DNA of 64,000 bases from an uncultured delta proteobacterium (GTDB lineage: Bacteria > Desulfobacterota > Binatia > Binatales > Binataceae): positions 1,984,001 to 2,048,000 of the forward strand of contig CAWJET010000001.1 of NCBI GenBank assembly GCA_963842085.1, read 5' to 3'. This document shows, piece by piece, positions 1-8,779 of this stretch (its first letter is position 1; every line of letters starts with the position of its first letter). A program made the position numbers and the translations under genes. The notes beneath the pieces are model-generated. The model ran no database searches and was not told the origin of the DNA. It saw only the letters and a list, made by a program, of their open reading frames with translations.

Positions 1-103
1 AGAATGGTCCAGGCCGGCCACTGAAAGGCAATTCTGCGCGGGCAGACGACGGATCCGCGGTTCGCCGATGATGGGTTCGAACAAGGAGCAGGGAGACGAA
101 AAA

Positions 104-232
104 GATCCCGGGGTCCCTCGACTCGGGAAGCCTCCCCGCTCGGGATGACGAAGGGGAGAGAGGCTCTGAATGACACAAGTAGCAGAGAGAGAAATAAAGT
201 CCCGGTCCTTTCGACTTCGCTCAGCGCAGGCT
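104..232. repeat. Cluster of REP-like palindromic intergenic repeats
   Basis: TCCCTCGACTCGGG...CGCTCGGGATGAC, CTCTGAATGACAC and TCCTTTCGACTTCGCTCAG resemble the GATTCTTCGCTTCGCTCTGAATGACA repeat at about 5603 and 16790. Confidence 0.5.
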
Positions 233-287
233 GGCGGCCTGGCTCGGGGATCGCGCACGGCATTCGGAGGGGGGAAACAAACTCATA

Positions 288-316
288 TTGATTAGATGGG
301 CGGCGCTTGTTAGATT
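288..316 (+). promoter_or_regulatory. Putative sigma70 promoter of guaB
   Basis: TTGATT(288-293)-N17-TAGATT(311-316). Confidence 0.55.
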
Positions 317-369
317 CGGACATGGCGCATCTGACTAAACGGACTGCGTGCAAAAACTGAAGGGTGATT

Positions 370-400
370 GGGCCCGCGGAAAACCGCGGGCTCTTTTTTT
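370..400 (+). terminator. Intrinsic terminator inside the guaB 5' leader (candidate attenuator)
   Basis: Stem GGGCCCGCGG-AAAA-CCGCGGGCTC followed by T7, about 40 nt upstream of the guaB ATG. Confidence 0.7.
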
Positions 401-439
401 ACCCGCTGACTTTACGGTTTGCCCAAGGAGGGCTTTAAA

Positions 440-1894
440 ATGGCGCATCAGGAGCTCCGCGAAGCACTTACCTTCGACGACGTTCTCTTGATCCCTCAAT
501 CGTCCGATTTGCTGCCGGCGAATTGCGACGTCTCGACCGCGCTGACGCCCAAGATCCGCCTGCGTATCCCGCTGGTCTCGAGCCCGATGGACACCGTCAC
601 CGAATCGCGCACGGCGATCGCAATCGCGCAGATGGGCGGGATCGGGTTCGTGCATCGCAATCTTTCGATCGAAGAGCAGGCCAGCGAGGTCGAGACGGTC
701 AAGAAATATGAAAGCGGGATGATCGTCGATCCGATCACCGTCAGTCCCGAGCAGAAAATCGGCGAGGCCCTGGCGGTGATGGAACGCTACCGGATTTCCG
801 GGCTGCCGGTGGTGTCGGACGGCCGCCTGGTCGGGATTCTGACCAATCGCGACCTCCGCTTCGAGCGGCGGCTGGACAAGCAGGTGCGCGACGTGATGAC
901 CAGCAAAGTGATCACGGCGCGTCCCGGAATCGATCTCGAACACGCCAAGGAACTTTTGCAAGCGCATCGGATAGAGAAACTGCCGCTGGTGGACGAGCAG
1001 AACCGGCTGCGCGGGCTTATCACCGTCAAGGACATGGACAAGGCAATTCGGCATCCGCATGCGAGCAAGGATCAGATGGGGCGGCTGCGGGTTGGCGCGG
1101 CGGTCGGCGTCGGTCCGGAGCGGGAGGCGCGGGTGGCGGCGCTGCGGCGTGCGGGCGTCGACGTGATCTGCATCGACACCGCGCATGGGCATACGCGCAA
1201 CGTGATCGACGCGATCAAGGCGACCAAGAGCGAGTGGCCCGGGGTGGAAGTGGTGGCCGGAAACGTCGCGACCAGCGAGGGCGCCAAGGCGCTGTGCGAC
1301 GCGGGGGCCGATGCGCTGCGCGTCGGGATGGGACCGGGGTCGATTTGCACGACGCGGGTGGTGTCGGGAGTCGGCGTGCCGCAGATCACGGCGATAATGG
1401 ATACAATCGCGGTTGCCGAGCCGCGCAATATCCCGGTGATCGCCGACGGCGGAATCCGGTTCTCCGGCGATATCACCAAGGCGATTGCGGCCGGCGCGAA
1501 CAGCGTGATGATCGGCTCGCTGTTCGCGGGCACCGAGGAAAGCCCCGGCGAGACGATTCTCTACCAGGGGCGTACGTACAAACTTTACCGCGGGATGGGA
1601 TCGATCGGCGCGATGAACGAGCGCACGGGAGATCGTTACGGGCAGCTCAACCTGACCGACGGCAAGCACGTGCCGGAAGGAATCGAGGGGCGCGTACCGC
1701 ATCGCGGGTCGCTCGCGTCGAATATCGAGCAGCTGGTGGGCGGGCTGCAATCCGGGATGGGCTACCTCGGTGCGGCGAACCTGGCGGAGCTACGCAAGCG
1801 GGCGCGCTTCGTCAAGGTGAGCGACGCCGGGATGCGCGAGAGCCACGTGCACGACGTGTTCATCACGAAGGAAGCGCCGAATTACAGACAGTAG
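440..1894 (+). CDS. guaB: IMP dehydrogenase
   Basis: [11 protein letters not shown] pair, catalytic [21 protein letters not shown]; AAGGAGG RBS before ATG 440. Confidence 0.98.
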   Translation: MAHQELREALTFDDVLLIPQSSDLLPANCDVSTALTPKIRLRIPLVSSPMDTVTESRTAIAIAQMGGIGFVHRNLSIEEQASEVETVKKYESGMIVDPITVSPEQKIGEALAVMERYRISGLPVVSDGRLVGILTNRDLRFERRLDKQVRDVMTSKVITARPGIDLEHAKELLQAHRIEKLPLVDEQNRLRGLITVKDMDKAIRHPHASKDQMGRLRVGAAVGVGPEREARVAALRRAGVDVICIDTAHGHTRNVIDAIKATKSEWPGVEVVAGNVATSEGAKALCDAGADALRVGMGPGSICTTRVVSGVGVPQITAIMDTIAVAEPRNIPVIADGGIRFSGDITKAIAAGANSVMIGSLFAGTEESPGETILYQGRTYKLYRGMGSIGAMNERTGDRYGQLNLTDGKHVPEGIEGRVPHRGSLASNIEQLVGGLQSGMGYLGAANLAELRKRARFVKVSDAGMRESHVHDVFITKEAPNYRQ

Positions 1895-1896
1895 GA

Positions 1897-1944
1897 TGCG
1901 GGGCTCCTCGCCCCGCGCCCCCGGCAGGGGTGACCCCTGCACCC
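1897..1944. repeat. Partial copy of REP-like family A
   Basis: GGCAGGGGTGACCCCTGCACCC shared with the 5599-5723 and 16692-16815 copies. Confidence 0.55.
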
Positions 1945-2054
1945 AGTATTCAGAAAAGAAGGATGCGGGACTTCGTCCCTGTTAGGAGTTGTCTTGGGGT
2001 CGCGGCAAGCATTCTGCGCATGGCCGCGCTGCGACGGCATTCAGCTGGAACCGC

Positions 2055-2116
2055 AGAACCCTCACCTGTCGGCCGCGATGCGGCCGGCCGCCTCTCCCGT
2101 AAAGGAACGGGCGAGG
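2055..2116. repeat. REP-like family B (CCTCACC...CCTCTCCC hairpin)
   Basis: GAACCCTCACC...CCTCTCCCGT...AACGGGCGAGG, similar to 30761-30808. Confidence 0.6.
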
Positions 2117-2186
2117 TAATTAGGGCATTAATATACTTGACTGACCGAACATGGTAAAGTGTCCGTGACGTGACAGGCCGAATGTT

Positions 2187-3556
2187 TTAACGATTGGTTC
2201 GGTCGCTCTCCATCAACTCTTCAGCGGTACGACGCGAAGGATCGAGAGACGGCATATGCTCGAAGTAATCTTTGCGACCGGGGCTTAATCCCATGCGATA
2301 GAGATGCTCCGGTTCGTTAAGCATCTGTTCGACAGTAACGAGATGAATTTCTAGCTTCTCTGATCGGACGCGGGCGACCTCTTCGTGAGAACCGCTCGTG
2401 AAGCTGAATGCGACAATATATCCACGGTTCTTTTTCGCGCGCTTCATCGCTGTTTCAAAGTTGTCAACTACATTCCGCCCGACGCTTTCGGATTGTTTCA
2501 CTTGTACTGGTTCGTGAAGCAAAAACGTCCAGCCGTCGATCCCCATGTCTCCACTTTTGCGATTTGTCTGGATGCCTGTGATCTGCGCGATCACCCAGTT
2601 CTGAAATTCACCTGGCTTCAACTGTTTCAGGTCTTCAATCGAACTTGGCATCCCGATTAGTGTGATTTCGGTGCTTAGTTTACCGAACCGTCGGTTAATC
2701 AGATTGCAAGCTGTGGGCGAGATGTCGATCCCATCCAGCGGCGTTTTAGCTTTTGTGCAACGGTCAGCGCCGTGCCGCAACCTGCAAACGGATCGAGGAC
2801 GATTTCGCCCTTATTTGACGATGCCTTTACGAACACTTCCAACAGACGTTCGGGCTTCTGAGTCGGATAGCCCATGCGTTCTTTTGATGACGGCATAGTT
2901 GGTTGAATGTCGAGCACGTCGTCAGGATGTTTGCCAAGCGGATTCGCTTCGTAAGTGTCGTAAACGTGTTCGCCAGTCGCCGTCTTGCGGAACGAGCGGG
3001 CTTTGTATTTAAGGCGGTCGAGCGATTCCTGACTGTACTCTGTGCGAATTTCATCGACGTTGAACGTCCATTCGTCGCCCTTGGTGTAAAAGAAAATGGT
3101 GTCATGGCGTCTGCCAAACCGCTTGGACGAAACGCCGCCGCCTCGATAGTGCCAGATCACTTCGTTCTGAAAATGATTCGCGCCGCATACTTCGTCGAGC
3201 ATCGCCTTTAGGTAGTGAGCGGCATGCCAATCGCAATGCAGGTACATCGAGCCAGTCGGCTTGAGCACGCGCCAGATTTCGTGCATCCGTTCCCGCATCC
3301 ATTCGACATAATGATGGACGCCACCTTCCCAACGGTCCTCGAAACTGCGGACTTCGGCTTCATCTCCCCAAATCACTTCGTATTGGCGATTGCTGAAAAA
3401 TGGCGGGTCGAGATAAACGAGGTCGATGGACTCCGTTGGGAGCACGGCCAACCGGCTTAAATTGTTGTCGCGATAAACGACGCCGGTTTCGGGGCCTGAC
3501 TCTTCCGGGGCTTCTATAAGGCGTGCAGCACGTCGTCTTCTGGGCATGCGCGCCAT
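2187..3556 (-). pseudogene. Beta-class N4/N6 DNA methyltransferase fused to an Mrr-like endonuclease domain, split by a 1-nt frameshift near 2732
   Basis: DPPF...YPTQKP...DPFAGCGT in 2699-3556 continues in the other frame as GIDISPTAC...GDMGIDG...VQVKQS...GYIVAFSF; adding one base restores RRW(I)GIDISP. Confidence 0.8.
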
Positions 3557-3695
3557 TCTACAGAGTCTCAAGAAAAGCGAAAGACCCGAAATGTCTGCCG
3601 CAGATAGACTCTGATAGAGAATCTATCGGGTCTATCAGACCTCTTGCGTGAAACAACTGAATGAGCATATTGTGTCCGATAGAGGTAATCCGACG

Positions 3696-4298
3696 ATGAG
3701 CAATAAAACGCAACCTATCAGCCAAGTACAGAAATTTGCGGATGAAGCCGAAAGGCTCGGCTGCTACTCCAAAGACCAGCGGTACAATTTCGGAACCGCT
3801 TGGGCAATCGTGCTTAAAGGCCTCACGGGAACGGGGCTGACAGATGCCTCTACTGTGGAGCAGTTGCGCCCGAAAATCGCAGAAATTTTCAAGGAACACG
3901 GGCGTCAAAGCCGCGCCAAGGCCGACAGCCTCAAAGCGTACTCAGGGCGTGTCATGCGGCTATTGGATGATTTTTTGAAGTACAACGGCGGGGATTTCAT
4001 GGCGTGGAAGGAAGCGCTGGCAAAATCTCCGTCAAACGATGATAATGGAAAACGTCGGCGGCGGAAGCCGTCGCGCCAGACTAGCAGTGGCGGAGATAAT
4101 ACCGACGTTATGATTCATCGTTTGGTCGTGCGGCAAGGAACAGAAGCGAAGATAGAGCTTCCTCAAGACCTATCTGAACCCGAACTTGAATCTGTGTGGG
4201 CGCAACTAACCGCGCTGAAGGGATACATCAAAGCACAGATTGAAGCCTTGGAGAAAAAGCCCGCGAAGACTTCGGAAAAAATTGCGCCGCAGGTCTGA
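3696..4298 (+). CDS. Hypothetical passenger protein (helical N-domain, basic linker, small C-domain)
   Basis: Long ORF with GAGG RBS before MSNKTQ; divergent from the MTase. Confidence 0.7.
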   Translation: MSNKTQPISQVQKFADEAERLGCYSKDQRYNFGTAWAIVLKGLTGTGLTDASTVEQLRPKIAEIFKEHGRQSRAKADSLKAYSGRVMRLLDDFLKYNGGDFMAWKEALAKSPSNDDNGKRRRRKPSRQTSSGGDNTDVMIHRLVVRQGTEAKIELPQDLSEPELESVWAQLTALKGYIKAQIEALEKKPAKTSEKIAPQV

Positions 4299-4377
4299 CA
4301 ACCTACGGCGCTTGAAGCATCTCCGCCCGTGGATGGGCAAAGGACGGTGACGCTAAGTGCGGAGACCCCGCGCGTTA

Positions 4378-4542
4378 TTATGAACGCGCCCCCGCAAGGG
4401 GGCGCTTCCTACGCGGCTGTTTAATCGTTTTCTGGTCAACTTCTTTCTTGCTCACCGCGAGAACGCCCCGCGCTAGTTTGCGCAAACGATCAAACGCGGC
4501 CCCTGGTTCAAATTTTAAATTTTCAACCTTCGGAGATTTCAC
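4378..4542 (-). CDS. Small basic IS1595-associated protein (54 aa, not in ORF track)
   Basis: GTG start; MKSPKVENLKFEPGAAFDRLRKLARGVLAVSKKEVDQKTIKQPRRKRPLAGARS; directly downstream of the transposase; similar ORF at 37381-37512. Confidence 0.6.
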   Translation of the reverse strand: MKSPKVENLKFEPGAAFDRLRKLARGVLAVSKKEVDQKTIKQPRRKRPLAGARS

Positions 4543-4582
4543 GAGCGACAGCGTAACACGTTGCCGCTTTCCCCGCCATTGC

Positions 4583-5539
4583 TTACGCCGGTAAGGGTTC
4601 GGCGGTCGATTCGGTCTTGCCAGTCAATTCCGCATACGTGAGCCGTCTGCCAAGCACGGAACTGGCAACGCCGATGAACCGCTCGCCGTCGTTCAGCTCG
4701 CGCTCGTTGAAGCGATACGCCTGTTCATCCAGATAGCGGAACAGGTGAAACGGCTCGACGCTGACGTATGTTCCCTTGAGACCACGTTTCAGCAGACTCC
4801 AGAAATTCTCGATTTTGTTAGTATGCACGTTGCCATCAACGTAGCGTTCGGCGTGATCGATCACATTGTGAATGTAATCCTGATCGAGGCCGTGATAACC
4901 GGCCCACGCATCAGTGAAGACATACGAGCCACCCTGCACATAGCGGCGCACATGGCTCTTGAGCGTTTCGCCTTGCGTGTTCGGTACATGAACGAGCCGG
5001 ACCTTGGAGCTATGCCGGTCCAGCAGACCCATCACGATTGCTTTACCAGCCCCGCCTGTGCCCGTGATTTTGGCCTTCTTGCTTTTGTGCATGTTTCGAG
5101 CGAGGCCGCCGATAAAAGTTTCGTCTGCTTCAACCTCTGAACCGGGGAACATATCGACCGACTGATTCTGCATCGCGAGCCGAATGCGATGATCCATGAA
5201 CCATGCGGTTTTCTGTGTCACGCCAAGACCGCGTGCCATTTCATAGCTGCTGATTCCGTTCTTGCAGTTCGCGATCAGCCACATCGCGGGTAGCCACTTA
5301 TCAAGGCCGATTGGCGAGTCCTCGAAGATCGTTCCGACCTTGAGCGAGAACTTTGCGCGCGGATGTTTCACGTAGCATTTCCACAGACGCGCCTTTTCGA
5401 GATACGTCACTTTCTCCGATTTGCAAGTCGGGCATCGGACCGTGCCATCCGGCCAGCGCATCTCGATCATGAATTGCTGGCAGTTATCGAAATCGGTGAA
5501 GTAGCGCATCGCTTGCTGGAGTGTGCTTGGATACTTCAT
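4583..5539 (-). CDS. IS1595-family DDE transposase
   Basis: RWPDG-CPTC zinc ribbon, GTIFEDS, VEADET, TD, HTNKIENFWS, YLDEQAYRFN. Confidence 0.95.
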   Translation of the reverse strand: MKYPSTLQQAMRYFTDFDNCQQFMIEMRWPDGTVRCPTCKSEKVTYLEKARLWKCYVKHPRAKFSLKVGTIFEDSPIGLDKWLPAMWLIANCKNGISSYEMARGLGVTQKTAWFMDHRIRLAMQNQSVDMFPGSEVEADETFIGGLARNMHKSKKAKITGTGGAGKAIVMGLLDRHSSKVRLVHVPNTQGETLKSHVRRYVQGGSYVFTDAWAGYHGLDQDYIHNVIDHAERYVDGNVHTNKIENFWSLLKRGLKGTYVSVEPFHLFRYLDEQAYRFNERELNDGERFIGVASSVLGRRLTYAELTGKTESTAEPLPA

Positions 5540-5598
5540 GCCCCAAACATAGCAAATCGAGCGTGGTCAGTCAAGTATATTAATGCCGTAATTAGGAG

Positions 5599-5723
5599 CC
5601 GGGATTCTTCGCTTCGCTCTGAATGACACGAAAGGAATTGGGTGCAGGGGTCCGCGCCGGTGGCGACACCCCTGCCCAAGGAAGCGCGAAACCCACGGTG
5701 GGTTTCGCTACAATAAAGTTCCT
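5599..5723. repeat. REP/MITE-like composite repeat family A (about 125 bp)
   Basis: Closely similar inverted copy at 16692-16815; several hairpins. Confidence 0.85.
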
Positions 5724-5744
5724 TTTCCACGCGGTGGCGGCGGC

Positions 5745-6938
5745 ATGATGGCAGAAAAAAAACGACTCAGGGTTGGGGTTCTGTTTGGTGGACGCTCGGG
5801 CGAGCATGAGATTTCGCTGCGCTCCGCGCTGACCGTGATGTCGGCGATGGATCCGGCGCGGTACGAGATCGTTCCGATTGGGATTGTCCGCGACGGGCGC
5901 TGGTATCTCGAACGCAACGCGCTCAAGCTGCTCGCCGAAAAGACGCCGCATCTTGCGGCGCTCGGCGCCGGCGGCACACAGGTGACGCTGCTGCCGCATC
6001 CGGAAGGGCAATCGCTGGAGGCGACGCCGGCCGACGGTGCGCGCGGCGCAATGACCGGCACACAAGATGCGATTCCCGGCGTCGACGTGGTGTTCCCGGT
6101 GTTGCACGGCACCTACGGCGAGGACGGCACGGTGCAGGGGCTGTTCGAGCTGGCGGGAATCGCGTACGTGGGAGCGGGGGTGCTCGGCTCGGCGCTTGGG
6201 ATGGACAAGGACGCGCAGAAGCGCATCCTGCGCGACGCCGGCGTCGCGGTGGTGAAATATTTCGCGATCGAGCGCGCCGACTACCGCGAGACTCCGGAGC
6301 TTGGGGCGCGGCTCGCGCGCAAACTTGGTTATCCCGTATTCGTCAAGCCCAACGCGCTGGGCTCGTCGATCGGAATAAGCAAGGTGAAGCGCGCCGCCGA
6401 GCTCAAAGCCGCGCTCGACGACGCTTTCCAGTACGATCGCAAGGCGCTGATCGAGGCGGCGTGCGAAGGCCGCGAGTTCGAGTGCTCGGTGCTGGGCAAC
6501 GATCGTCCCGAGGCGTCGATTCCCGGCGAAGTGCTGGTCAAGGGCGCGCATGAGTTTTACGACTACGAGTCGAAGTACGTCGATCCGGAAGGCTCCGCGA
6601 CAAAAATTCCCGCCGAGCTGCCGCCCGCCAAGACGAAGAAGCTGCGCGCGATGGCAGTGGCGGCATTCAAGGCGTTGTCGCTGCGCGGGATGGCGCGCGT
6701 CGATTTCCTGGCGAGCAGCGATTTGCGCGAGATCTACGTGAACGAGGTTAATACCATCCCCGGCTTCACGGCGATCAGCATGTATCCGAAGCTGTGGGAG
6801 GCGTCGGGCCTGCCGTTGCCCAGGCTTATCGATCGGTTGATCGAGCTGGCGCTCGAGGAACATCAGGAGCGCGCCTCGCTCAAGATCACGTATCATCCGA
6901 AATCTCTCGCGAAGTCTCCCGCAAAGCCCCGCGACTGA
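5745..6938 (+). CDS. ddl: D-alanine--D-alanine ligase
   Basis: [38 protein letters not shown]. Confidence 0.97.
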   Translation: MMAEKKRLRVGVLFGGRSGEHEISLRSALTVMSAMDPARYEIVPIGIVRDGRWYLERNALKLLAEKTPHLAALGAGGTQVTLLPHPEGQSLEATPADGARGAMTGTQDAIPGVDVVFPVLHGTYGEDGTVQGLFELAGIAYVGAGVLGSALGMDKDAQKRILRDAGVAVVKYFAIERADYRETPELGARLARKLGYPVFVKPNALGSSIGISKVKRAAELKAALDDAFQYDRKALIEAACEGREFECSVLGNDRPEASIPGEVLVKGAHEFYDYESKYVDPEGSATKIPAELPPAKTKKLRAMAVAAFKALSLRGMARVDFLASSDLREIYVNEVNTIPGFTAISMYPKLWEASGLPLPRLIDRLIELALEEHQERASLKITYHPKSLAKSPAKPRD

Positions 6939-6948
6939 ATCGATCACG

Positions 6949-7587
6949 ATGCGGCGGCTGCTGATTGCGACGACGAACCCGGCGAAGCTGGCTGAATACC
7001 GCTTGATTCTGAACGGCGCCGGCGTCGAGCTCGAGCTGGTGTCGCTCGCAGAGCTCGGAATTTCGGAGACTCCCGAGGAGACGGCGGCGACGTTCGGGGA
7101 GAACGCGCTGATCAAGGCGCGGTTCTACTTCGAGCGCGCGCAAATTGCGACGCTGGCCGACGACGGCGGACTCGAGATCGACGCGCTCGGCGGAGAGCCG
7201 GGAGTCAGGTCGCATCGCTGGCTCGGTTCGGGCGGCGATGATTCGGACCGGGCGCTGGTGGACGAAGTTATCCGCCGGATGAAGGATGTCGAGGCGGCGC
7301 GGCGGACCGCGCGAATTCGCGCCACGATCGCGCTGATACACGAGGAGGGCGGCGCGATCCGCGAGAAGACGGCGGAGGGCGCAATCGAGGGCGTGATCGC
7401 CGAGCGCGCGTATCCTGAAATTCGCGCGGGATTTCCTTATCGCGCGGTGCTGGTCATCCCCGGCCGCAACTGTTATCTGGGCCAACTCGGCGACGAGGAA
7501 GAGGCGCAAATCAGCCAGCGGCGGATCGCGGTGCTCAAGCTACGGGACGAACTGGAGCGGATAGCCGCAGGACGCGGCGCGGGCTAA
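6949..7587 (+). CDS. Non-canonical purine NTP pyrophosphatase (Ham1/RdgB family)
   Basis: ATTNPAKLAE, ENALIKA, ADDGGLEIDALGGEPGVRS; C-terminal SQR in place of SHR. Confidence 0.88.
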   Translation: MRRLLIATTNPAKLAEYRLILNGAGVELELVSLAELGISETPEETAATFGENALIKARFYFERAQIATLADDGGLEIDALGGEPGVRSHRWLGSGGDDSDRALVDEVIRRMKDVEAARRTARIRATIALIHEEGGAIREKTAEGAIEGVIAERAYPEIRAGFPYRAVLVIPGRNCYLGQLGDEEEAQISQRRIAVLKLRDELERIAAGRGAG

Positions 7588-7603
7588 GATCGCCACGCAT
7601 AAG

Positions 7604-8776
7604 GTGAACGGCAAGCGCAAGGGCAAAGTCGTGGTGCTGCATCTGGCGGCGCGGTACCCGTTCGCGGGGGTGATCTGGCAATTGGTGCATCACCTGTTGG
7701 GGTTCAGACAGCTTGGGCTCGACGTTTACTATATCGAGGATCATTGCGCCTATGTGTACGATCCGACGATCGAAACGACCGCCACGGACCCGTCGCGCAA
7801 CCTGAAGGTGCTGGGCGGCGTGCTCGAGCGCTACGGCTTCGGCGAGAGGTGGGCCTTCCTGGACTCGGTGAAGGAGCAATACATCGGGATGTCGCGGGAG
7901 CGATGCATGGAACTGTTTCGCGACGCTGACATGGTTATCAATCTTTGCGGCGCCACCGAGCCGCGACCGGAGCATGAGCGCAGCCGCTGCCTGGTGTATC
8001 TCGAGACCGATCCGGGAGTGTTCCAGCTCGAGCTCGCGCGCAAGATTCCGACCACCGTGGCGTTTGCCAAATCGCACAAATTGTTCTTCACGTATTGCTA
8101 CAATATCGGCGCGCCCGATTGCCTGCTGCCGACCGCGGGCCTCGAATGGCATCCGACGCGTCCGCCGGTAAGTCTCGACGAGTGGCATCCGGGCGTCGGA
8201 CCGGCGGAGCCGACGACGTTCACGACTGTCGGCACGTGGCAGAATAACGGCAACGACATGGAAATCGCGGGCGAGACGTACTACTGGTCCAAGCATCTGA
8301 ATTTTCGCAAGGCACTCGAGGTTGCGGGGCGCGCGAAGCAGCCGATCGAGATTGCCACCAACCTGAGCGGCGGCCCCGACTACGAGCGCGCGCTCGCAGG
8401 AGGATTCAGCATCACGCCGGTGGTGCCGATGTCGCTCGACATCGATGCGTATCGCGATTACATCAGCTGGTCGCGCGGCGAGTTCACCGTGGCGAAGGAC
8501 ATCTACGTGAGGCCGCGCACGGGATGGTTCAGCGATCGCACGGTTTGCTACCTGGCGGCAGGGCGTCCGGTCGTGACGCAGCGGACCGGGTTTGAGAAGT
8601 TCATTCCCACCGGCGCCGGGCTGCTCGGATTCGACACGCCCGACGAAGCGGTCGATGCGATAGAGGAAGTCAACGCCGACTATCCGCGCCATGCCCACGC
8701 CGCGCGCGAGATAGCGGCCGAGTATTTCGACGCGGTGAAACTGCTCGACGAAATCGCGGTGGCCGCGGGGATCTGA
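7604..8776 (+). CDS. Glycosyltransferase-like (GT-B) protein
   Basis: C-terminal GEFTVAK...GWFSDRTVCYLAAGRPVVTQ...AREIAAEYFD. Confidence 0.7.
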   Translation: MNGKRKGKVVVLHLAARYPFAGVIWQLVHHLLGFRQLGLDVYYIEDHCAYVYDPTIETTATDPSRNLKVLGGVLERYGFGERWAFLDSVKEQYIGMSRERCMELFRDADMVINLCGATEPRPEHERSRCLVYLETDPGVFQLELARKIPTTVAFAKSHKLFFTYCYNIGAPDCLLPTAGLEWHPTRPPVSLDEWHPGVGPAEPTTFTTVGTWQNNGNDMEIAGETYYWSKHLNFRKALEVAGRAKQPIEIATNLSGGPDYERALAGGFSITPVVPMSLDIDAYRDYISWSRGEFTVAKDIYVRPRTGWFSDRTVCYLAAGRPVVTQRTGFEKFIPTGAGLLGFDTPDEAVDAIEEVNADYPRHAHAAREIAAEYFDAVKLLDEIAVAAGI

Positions 8777-8779
8777 ACG

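Larger units (their letters stand above)
2124..5587 (-). mobile_element. IS1595-family transposon with passenger genes (element 1)
   Basis: Perfect 23-bp IRs GGCATTAATATACTTGACTGACC (2124-2146, 5565-5587); 8-bp TSD GTAATTAG (2116-2123, 5588-5595); encodes an IS1595 transposase. Confidence 0.95.

Noticed and set aside
335-1750. 471-aa antisense ORF over guaB, and many similar long ORFs (5592-7115, 7535-9094, 25805-27196, 44307-45632 and others)
   Set aside because: Shadow ORFs expected from high-GC codon bias; they overlap genes with clear family motifs
2730-2760. Programmed -1 frameshift at CAA AAG / CTA AAA C in the MTase
   Set aside because: Slipping there would replace the conserved RRW with KTPLD; a 1-nt deletion after the Trp codon fits better
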